Part shown: positions 57,334 to 64,000 of the stretch, in pieces
Layout of the letters: each line of letters opens with the position of its first letter
Numbering within the stretch: position 1 is the stretch's first letter
From: an uncultured Alphaproteobacteria bacterium
Lineage (GTDB): Bacteria; Pseudomonadota; Alphaproteobacteria; Rhizobiales; Xanthobacteraceae
NCBI GenBank assembly: GCA_963850245.1
Contig: CAWKLA010000013.1
Span: forward strand, 46,151 to 110,150
DNA: 64,000 nucleotides
Reading direction: 5' to 3'
Program-made: the position numbers and the translations under genes
Notes under the pieces: model-generated
Database searches by the model: none
Told to the model about the DNA's origin: nothing
Seen by the model: the letters and a program-made list of their open reading frames with translations, nothing else

Positions 57334-59262
57334 TTACCTGGCGAGCTTCACCACGTCGCCGCGCAGGTTCTGCCCGAGCGCTTCGAACGCCTTGTTGACG
57401 ATGCCTTTGGCATCGAGGCCGGCCTGGGCGTACATCGCGTTCGGCGAGTCCTGGTCGATGAAAATATCGGGGAGCACCAGCGAGCGGATTTTCAATCCGC
57501 GGTCGAGGACGCCATGCTCGGCGAACGCCTGCATCACGAAAGAGCCGAAGCCGCCGATCGAGCCTTCCTCGACCGTGATCAGCACTTCGTGCTCACGCGC
57601 CAGCCGCAGCAGCAACTCGATGTCCAGCGGCTTGGCGAAGCGTGCGTCCACCACCGTCGTCGACAGGCCATGTGCGGCGAGTTCGTCGGCGGCCTTGAGA
57701 CATTCGCCGAGCCGCGCGCCGTACGACACCAGCGCAACCTTGGTGCCTTCGCGCACGATGCGGCCCTTGCCGATCTCGAGCGGCTTGCCCTCGTCCGGCA
57801 TTGGCACGCCGCGGCCTTCGCCGCGCGGATAGCGCAGCGCTGAAGGCCGGTCGTCGATCGCCACCGCCGTCGCAACCATGTGCACCAGATCGGCCTCGTC
57901 CGCCGCCGCCATCAGCACGAAATTCGGCAAGCAGCCGAGATAGGCGATGTCGAATGCGCCGGCATGCGTCGGTCCATCGGCGCCGACGAGACCGGCGCGA
58001 TCCATGGCGAAGCGCACCGGCAGGCGCTGGATGGCGACATCGTGGACCACCTGATCGTAGGCGCGCTGCAGGAATGTCGAGTAGATCGTCGCGAACGGCT
58101 TGAAGCCTTCGGTCGCAAGCCCGGCGGCGAACGTGACGCCATGCTGCTCGGCGATGCCGACGTCGAACGTCCGTTTCGGAAATTCCTTCTGGAAAAGATC
58201 GATGCCGGTGCCCGAGGGCATGGCCGCGGTGATGGCAACGATCTTGGGATCCTTGCGGGCTTCCTTGATCAGGCTCTCGCCGTAGACCTTTTGATAGGCA
58301 GGCGCGGATGCCTTGGCCTTCACCTGTGCGCCGGTCGCCACGTCGAACTTGACGACGCCGTGATACTTGTCGGCCGACTTTTCCGCTGGCTCGTAGCCCT
58401 TGCCCTTTTGGGTCACGACATGGATGAGGAATGGACCGTTCTCCGCTTCGCGGACGTTCTTTAGAACCGGCAGCAGATGATCGATGTTGTGACCGTCGAT
58501 CGGGCCGATATAGAAGAAGCCGAGTTCGTCGAACAGCGTGCCACCGGTGACGAGGCCGCGGGCGTATTCTTCGATGGCGACCGCGCGCTTCTCCAGCATC
58601 CGGCTGGGAAGGCGTTTCGCGACCTGCCGAACCATGTGGCGCAGGCCGCGATAGGTGCGGCCTGACACGCGGCGGGCGAGATACGCCGAGAGCGCGCCGA
58701 CCGGCGGGGCAATCGACATATCGTTGTCGTTGAGGATCACGATCAGCCGGGAATTCATCGAGCCGGCGTTGTTCATGGCCTCGTAGGCCATGCCGGCCGA
58801 CATCGCGCCGTCGCCGATCACGGCGATGACGTTGTTCTTTTTCCCTTCGAGGTCGCGGGCGACCGCCATGCCGAGCCCGGCCGAGATCGAAGTCGAGGAA
58901 TGCGCGGCGCCGAACGGATCGTATTCGCTCTCGGCGCGCTTGGTGAAGCCGGACAGGCCGCCCGCCTGGCGCAGCGTGCGGATACGGTCGCGGCGGCCGG
59001 TGAGGATCTTGTGCGGATAGGCCTGGTGGCCGACGTCCCAGATCAGCCGGTCGGCCGGCGTGTCGAACACGTAGTGCAGCGCCACCGTCAGCTCGATGAC
59101 GCCGAGCCCGGCGCCGAGGTGACCGCCGGTCACCGCTACAGCGTCGATCGTCTCCCGTCGCAGTTCGTCAGCAAGCTGACGCAACTGGCCTTCCTCAAGT
59201 TGCCGCAGATCGCTCGGCGTTTTGACAACATCAAGTAACGGCGTCTTTGACGGAACGGTCAC
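57334..59262 (-). CDS. dxs: 1-deoxy-D-xylulose-5-phosphate synthase
   Basis: ORF track. The GTG start has AAGGAG 7 nt upstream. [21 protein letters not shown]...[16 protein letters not shown]...[18 protein letters not shown] is a Dxs sequence. Length is 642 aa. Confidence 0.96.
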   Translation of the reverse strand: MTVPSKTPLLDVVKTPSDLRQLEEGQLRQLADELRRETIDAVAVTGGHLGAGLGVIELTVALHYVFDTPADRLIWDVGHQAYPHKILTGRRDRIRTLRQAGGLSGFTKRAESEYDPFGAAHSSTSISAGLGMAVARDLEGKKNNVIAVIGDGAMSAGMAYEAMNNAGSMNSRLIVILNDNDMSIAPPVGALSAYLARRVSGRTYRGLRHMVRQVAKRLPSRMLEKRAVAIEEYARGLVTGGTLFDELGFFYIGPIDGHNIDHLLPVLKNVREAENGPFLIHVVTQKGKGYEPAEKSADKYHGVVKFDVATGAQVKAKASAPAYQKVYGESLIKEARKDPKIVAITAAMPSGTGIDLFQKEFPKRTFDVGIAEQHGVTFAAGLATEGFKPFATIYSTFLQRAYDQVVHDVAIQRLPVRFAMDRAGLVGADGPTHAGAFDIAYLGCLPNFVLMAAADEADLVHMVATAVAIDDRPSALRYPRGEGRGVPMPDEGKPLEIGKGRIVREGTKVALVSYGARLGECLKAADELAAHGLSTTVVDARFAKPLDIELLLRLAREHEVLITVEEGSIGGFGSFVMQAFAEHGVLDRGLKIRSLVLPDIFIDQDSPNAMYAQAGLDAKGIVNKAFEALGQNLRGDVVKLAR

Positions 59263-59603
59263 GCGAATGCTCCTTATTATTGGCCTTATCGGCCGCAGCG
59301 GCCTAGTTGGCGATTATTGGGGTCGAGCCCCACCAGTGCCCCTGCACACACGCATAAACCCTCAGTCTGTACACCATCAGGGGCCGGGAACGCAATTTGG
59401 GGCGACGGCCGGTTTGTGTCTCAGTCTGAGACTTTGGCCCGTAGTTATCTAGGTTTATCTGGTACATACCCGAATTATCGGGCTTCCTGTTGCCGAAAGG
59501 CGGCATATAGGGAAAACTTCCGGGATCACCACACTTCCGGGACAAAGTTAGCGATGCCGAGCGGGCCAATGGACGAAGGCCGAACCTTCGCAAAACGCAT
59601 GAG

Positions 59604-62336
59604 TTGACCCTCGTGGCGCTCGAAACCTACCGAAAAAAGCGACAATTCAGCGTGACCTCGGAACCGCGCGGCCGCAAAGGCGCCGGGGACGGTCATCGCT
59701 ACGTGATTCAGAAACATGCCGCGCGGCGGCTGCATTACGATCTGCGGCTCGAACTCGACGGCGTCATGAAGAGCTGGGCGGTGACGCGCGGGCCCAGCCT
59801 CGATCCCAACGAAAAGCGCCTCGCGGTTCACGTTGAGGATCATCCGATCGAGTACAATTCGTTCGAAGGCACCATCCCGCAGGGCGAATACGGCGGTGGG
59901 ACGGTGATGATCTGGGATCGCGGCACCTGGCGCCCCGAAGGCGATCCGCACAAGGGCTACGCCAAGGGGCATCTGGTTTTCGATCTCGATGGGGACAAGC
60001 TCCACGGCCGATGGCATCTGGTGCGGATGCGCGCACGGGAGCGCGAGCGCCACGAAAATTGGCTGCTGATCAAGGCGAAGGACGACGAAGCCCGCGGGCC
60101 GCGCGACGAGGACATCCTTGAAGAGAAATCGCGCTCTGCCGTCACCGGCCGCTCGATCGACGAGATCGCCGAAGGCAAGGGCAAGAAACGGGTCTGGCAC
60201 TCCAATCGCGCGCGCCGGCGGCGGATCGGAAGTAAAGGCCGCGTTCAAGCGCAAGATCCGGGAGCTTACGGCAAAGCCCGCCGCAAGCCGCGCGGCGAAA
60301 GCAAAGCGCGCAACGCATGACGCGACGAGCAAGCCAGTAGCGAAAACCGGGCGGGATGCGGCCAAATCAAAACTGCCGGCCAAGTCGAAACTGCCGGAAT
60401 TTGTTCCGCCCAGCCTTGCCACGCTTGCCGACAAGGCGCCGAGCGGTTCGAACTGGCTTCATGAAATCAAATTCGACGGCTATCGCATGGAAGCGCGGCT
60501 CGAACACGGCAAGGTACGGCTGCTGACCCGCAAGCAGCAAAACTGGACGCATCGTTTTGCGCCGGTCGCCGACGCGGTTGCGGCGTTGCCCGCCACGACG
60601 GCCTTGCTCGACGGCGAAGTGGTCGTGGAAGACGACAAGGGCATCAGCAATTTTTCGCTGCTGCAGACCGATCTGAAGGACGGACGCACCGACCGCTTCG
60701 TCTATTACGTCTTCGATCTGCTGCATCTCGACGGCCGCGACTTGACCGCGGCGCCGCTCATGGAGCGCAAGGCGGCGCTCGAAAGTTTGCTGAAGGGAAC
60801 CGGCAGGACGGCGTCGTCCGTTACGCCGGCCATTTCGACGATGGCGGACCGCTGATCCTCCGCCACGCCTGCGACATGGGGCTCGAAGGTATCGTGTCGA
60901 AACGCCGCGACGCCGCTTACCGCTCGGGCCGGTCGGACAACTTCGTCAAAACCAAATGTCACGGGCGCCAGGAATTCATCGTCGCCGGTTATACGCCGTC
61001 GGCCGCGACGCCCAGCGCGATCGGTGCGCTCATCGTCGCCGACCGTGAGGACGGCCAGCTTCGCTATGCCGGACGGGTTGGCACCGGCTACACGCAAAAA
61101 ATGGCCCGCGATCTGTTCAAGCGGCTGACGGCGCTGAAGACCGATCGGCGTCCCGTCGAACTGCCGGCGGAAGAGCGCCGCAAGGACATCGTCTGGGTCT
61201 CGCCCAAGGTTGTCGTCGACGCCGAATTTGCCGGCGTGACTCATGGCGGAGTGCTGCGGCAGGCCTCATTCAAAGGCATCCGTGAGGACAAAACCGCGGA
61301 CGAGGTGGTGCGCGAAGTTCCGGTTGTTGCCGTGGCCGCGACGGCAAAGCGCGAGCCGGTGCGCCGGATGGCAAGTTCTTCTTCGAAACCGATCAAGTCT
61401 TCTTCGAAGCCGGCCAATCCTTCTACCAAGCCGAACAAGCCTTCATCAGGCGGTGTCAAATCGGCGCGCGCAAACGGCAGCGGCGAAAACCTCACCCATC
61501 CCGATAGGGTCTATTGGCCGGACGCCGGCGTCACCAAGAAGGACCTCGCGGACTATTATGTGTCGGTGTGGGACTGGATCAAACCGCACATTGCCGATCG
61601 CGCACTTTCGCTGGTGCGTGCACCTGAAGGAATAACCGGCGAAACGTTCTTTCAGAAGCACATCGCCGCCAACGTGAAATTCTCGCCTCTGCGCCGCGCG
61701 GTGCCGGGCAAGGATCATGACGTGATCGCCGTGCAGACCGTCGACGATCTCGTGGCGCTGGTGCAGTCCGCGGCGTTGGAGATTCATGTCCGCGGATCGC
61801 GGCTCGGCAGCCTGGAAATGTGCGATCGCATCGTCTTCGACCTCGATCCGGGGGAGGGGGTAGCGTGGCCGCAGATCGTCGCCGCGGCGCGCGAGACACG
61901 CGAGCGGCTCAAGGCGGAGAAACTCGAAAGTTTCGTCAAGCTCTCGGGCGGCAAGGGCATCCATGTCGTCGTGCCGATTGCCGACGCCGATTGGGAGACG
62001 ACCAAGCTCTTTACGCAGCGCATCGCCGCGCGGATGGCCGCGGACAGTCCGAAACTCTATCTCGCCAAGATGACGAAGTCGCTCCGCAAGGGACGGGTCT
62101 TCATCGACTATTTTCGTAATTCGCGCGAGGCGACGTCGGTGGCGCCTTATTCGTCGCGGGCGCGGCCCGGCGCACCGGTATCCACGCCGGTCACCTGGGA
62201 GCGACTTTCGCGCACCACCGGCGGCAACGATTTCACCGTGCTCAATCTGAAAGAGCGTCTCAAGGAAGACGCCTGGGCCGAGATCGGCAAAGTGCGGCAG
62301 AAGCTACCGGCTCCGCCTCGTTCCGGCCGGGCATGA
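59604..62336 (+). pseudogene. ligD: ATP-dependent DNA ligase LigD (phosphoesterase-ligase-polymerase), reading frame broken at least twice
   Basis: The PE domain (YVIQKHAARRLHYDLRLE...HPIEY..FEG.IP.GEYGGG) is in ORF 59604..60320. The ligase adenylation region (WLHEIKFDGYRMEARL...) is in ORF 60118..60855. Its continuation (my own translation DGVVRYAGHFDDGGPLILRHACDMGLEGIVSKRRDAAY...) and the polymerase/primase domain (LTHPDRVYWPDAGVTKKDLADYY...) are in ORF 60876..62336. Confidence 0.88.
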
Positions 62337-62366
62337 CCCGGCCGCTTAGCCGAAGCACGACGGGAA

Positions 62367-62624
62367 CTATCCCGCGAGCCTGAAGCGCTCGATCTTCGGC
62401 TCGAAGCGCGCGCGGAAAATTTCAGCGTCGAGCGGATCCTCGAAACAGTAGCGGACGAAAGCCGCGTAGTCGTCCTCGACATACATGTCGAACTTGCCGA
62501 CATGGGCGAGGAGGAAATCCAGAATCTCGCTGTCGTCGGTCAATTGCCGCCGTGGCAGAACCACCTGATGCGGGCATTCCACGTCGAGCTTGCGCAGCCA
62601 TGAATTCTTTTTGTCCGGGTCCAT
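62367..62624 (-). CDS. Hypothetical 85-aa protein
   Basis: ORF track, ATG start. It is divergent from the next gene across the SOS-box promoter. No recognisable family. Confidence 0.45.
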   Translation of the reverse strand: MDPDKKNSWLRKLDVECPHQVVLPRRQLTDDSEILDFLLAHVGKFDMYVEDDYAAFVRYCFEDPLDAEIFRARFEPKIERFRLAG

Positions 62625-62658
62625 TGTTGCCTCTACCTCTTGACTCAGACGGGCAATT

Positions 62659-62673
62659 GTTCTCTTTTTGTTC
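62659..62673. promoter_or_regulatory. Alphaproteobacterial-type LexA (SOS) box GTTC-N7-GTTC
   Basis: GTTCTCTTTTTGTTC read directly from the sequence. It is an exact match to the direct-repeat SOS box described for Rhodobacter, Caulobacter and rhizobia. It is centred between perfect 10-bp inverted repeats (CTCTTGACTC at 62637-62646, GAGTCAAGAG at 62677-62686). Confidence 0.55.
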
Positions 62674-62719
62674 TAAGAGTCAAGAGCCCGGCGAAACTTG
62701 AAATTCAAGAGCGTTAACA

Positions 62720-62983
62720 ATGGGTGTGGAGACGCTCGGTGACGCTAAAACGGCCGGCTGGCGGGTCACGGTCCGTTGCAGCTACGGCCGTTCCGAGGGC
62801 CCGCGCTCGCAGTCCAGCCGCGAGTGCAATTACCGGAAAGAACTCGACATGGACACGCTGGTCTGGACGCGCGGAAGGGGGTTCCCGCTTTCGCGGCTTG
62901 AAAGCCGGCTGCGCTGCCCGCGCTGCGGATCGCGCTACGTGGTGGTGTTGTATCAGCCGCCGCACGGCGACACCCGGCCGTGA
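62720..62983 (+). CDS. Hypothetical 87-aa protein with a C-terminal CPxCG zinc-ribbon-like motif
   Basis: ORF track, ATG start. RLRCPRCGSRYVVVLYQPP, together with upstream Cys residues (RCSYG..RECNY), suggests a zinc ribbon. Confidence 0.45.
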   Translation: MGVETLGDAKTAGWRVTVRCSYGRSEGPRSQSSRECNYRKELDMDTLVWTRGRGFPLSRLESRLRCPRCGSRYVVVLYQPPHGDTRP

Positions 62984-63009
62984 AAAATTCGCCGGAACGC
63001 GATCGCGTT

Positions 63010-63318
63010 CTACGGCTTCGAAAGGCGGCGCTTGTTGGCGCGCACACGCCTTCTGAAAACGGTCAGCGCTTTGCCGGCCACGACATGATCCTTGTGGCCG
63101 TTCATGATCGCGACGGTCGTGGCGACCTGCGCTTCGGCGACGGCGGCGATCTTTTCAATCACCATGCGGTTCAATTCATCCTGACCGCGGGCGTCGCCCG
63201 ACGCGAACCGCAGCATGCGAAGCGCGACGACGCTTTGCGCTTCGATGCCAAGCTGAAACGTCCTGAGCGTCAACGTGAGCCAGGGATTCCAGGGATTCCA
63301 CGGATTGGTTGGAGTCAT
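63010..63318 (-). CDS. Hypothetical 102-aa protein (NPW tripeptide repeat at the N-terminus)
   Basis: ORF track. It starts 8 nt after the xseB stop on the same strand, so it is probably co-transcribed. Confidence 0.45.
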   Translation of the reverse strand: MTPTNPWNPWNPWLTLTLRTFQLGIEAQSVVALRMLRFASGDARGQDELNRMVIEKIAAVAEAQVATTVAIMNGHKDHVVAGKALTVFRRRVRANKRRLSKP

Positions 63319-63326
63319 GCTGCGGC

Positions 63327-63593
63327 TTATTCCACATCCAGCGGTTCGGCGCCGGCGGGATTGCCGCCGGCGTCGAGCGTGATCTTCTGCACGCGGGCTT
63401 CGGCCTGGTGCAACAGCTCCTCGCAGCGGCGCTTGAGCGCCTCACCCCGTTCGTAGATCGCGACCGATTCCTCGAGCGGTACTTTGCCGTCCTCAAGCCG
63501 CTTGACGATCGATTCAAGCTCCTCGATGGCGCGCTCGAACGAGAGCTGGCCGACATCGGCGTCGTTCTGGGTGTTCAGGCTTTGCTGTGCCAT
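63327..63593 (-). CDS. xseB: Exodeoxyribonuclease VII small subunit
   Basis: ORF 63327..63617. [45 protein letters not shown] is canonical XseB. The ATG at 63593 gives MAQQSL... Confidence 0.88.
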   Translation of the reverse strand: MAQQSLNTQNDADVGQLSFERAIEELESIVKRLEDGKVPLEESVAIYERGEALKRRCEELLHQAEARVQKITLDAGGNPAGAEPLDVE

Positions 63594-63652
63594 CGCCGGC
63601 GTTCCGACTCGTTTCAAGCCTTATATCAGATAGTTCCGGATCAGATAGTCCG

Positions 63653-64000
63653 CTAACCCCGCATCAGCGCGGTAACGTGCGCCGCCGTCGAGTATGCCAG
63701 CGCCTCGAGGTCATAGCCGCCTTCAAGCAGCGACACAACGCGGCCGCCGGCACATCGGTCGGCGACGTCCATGATCTTCTGCGTCGCCCAGGCAAAATCG
63801 GCCTCCACGAGATTGAGATTGGCGAGCGGGTCGCGCATGTGGGCGTCAAAGCCGGCTGAAATGACAATGAGTTCCGGCCGAAAGTCCGATAGCCGCGGCA
63901 GAACGCGATCCTCGAACGCGGCGCGGAAGGCTTCCCCACCGTCGCCTGGCCGCAGCGGCGCGTTGACCACCGTATTGTATTCGCCGGATTCGTTGACCGC
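63653..64000 (-). CDS. Histone deacetylase/acetoin-utilisation family protein (C-terminal part; gene runs off the right edge)
   Basis: ORF 63653..63970 and upstream sequence stay open in frame. ELIVISAGFDAHMRDPLANLNL...GGRVVSLLEGGYDLEAL is an HDAC class motif. Confidence 0.85.
   Translation of the reverse strand, partial: AVNESGEYNTVVNAPLRPGDGGEAFRAAFEDRVLPRLSDFRPELIVISAGFDAHMRDPLANLNLVEADFAWATQKIMDVADRCAGGRVVSLLEGGYDLEALAYSTAAHVTALMRG

Noticed and set aside
59263-59480. A TPP riboswitch or other known leader upstream of dxs.
   Set aside because: I could not find the conserved CUGAGA...ACCUGA-type TPP aptamer arrangement. The CTGAGAC here is part of a simple palindrome. The region is reported only as an unexplained repeat-rich spacer.
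1-64000. CRISPR arrays, transposases or IS elements, toxin-antitoxin pairs and known defence systems.
   Set aside because: I found no regularly spaced repeats beyond 2-3 units. No transposase, integrase or recombinase signatures appear in any listed ORF. No recognisable defence-gene families are present. The window reads as core chromosome.

Overview
This is a high-GC alphaproteobacterial chromosomal window. Gene families and gene order resemble core-genome regions of Bradyrhizobiaceae/Nitrobacteraceae-type bacteria; that placement is inferred from recognised protein families only, since no database search was possible. I support about 65 protein genes and one tRNA-Val. Left to right: a DoxX fragment, tRNA-Val(CAC), a membrane-anchored coiled-coil protein, a DUF1134/EipA-like protein, a YHS protein and cysQ. 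Next comes a motility and cell-cycle block: chpT, cheA-cheW-cheY-cheB-cheR, ctrA, fliI-fliJ, an ECF sigma/anti-sigma pair and flhA. It is followed by dmeF, a VanX-like dipeptidase, an amidase and a hybrid histidine kinase. An iron-uptake locus follows (Fiu/PiuA-like TonB-dependent receptor, piuC, exbB-exbD-tonB), then livFGMH with a cupin gene. Housekeeping genes come next: SDR, pdxH, a DnaJ-like gene, a GT87-like protein, fabI, an outer-membrane protein, aroC and ribB. After these are lemA with three TPM genes, a three-gene operon of two Tat-signal oxidoreductases flanking an Npt/TLC-like MFS transporter, an alpha/beta hydrolase with an unknown partner, an HD protein, an acyl-CoA dehydrogenase, amiF, two RNA methyltransferases and dxs. 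The window ends with ligD, three small unknown ORFs, xseB and a deacetylase fragment. I found no CRISPR array, transposase, integrase or recognisable defence system, and I cannot point to a clear new biological system. The most notable points are listed below. (1) Five conserved genes (flhA, cysQ, ligD, a dnaJ-like gene, a cupin gene) are broken by single-base frame changes, several at short homopolymers. These are either sequencing indels or true pseudogenes. (2) An exact alphaproteobacterial SOS box (GTTC-N7-GTTC) sits in a symmetric divergent promoter between two small unknown genes next to ligD. (3) Irr/ICE-like motifs lie upstream of the iron-uptake genes. (4) The Tat-oxidoreductase / Npt-like transporter operon is an unexplained combination. 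(5) There are several short tandem or phased repeats and a lysine-rich micro-ORF in intergenic regions. Start codons are my own choices from ORF frames, SD-like sequences and N-terminal homology, and may be off.
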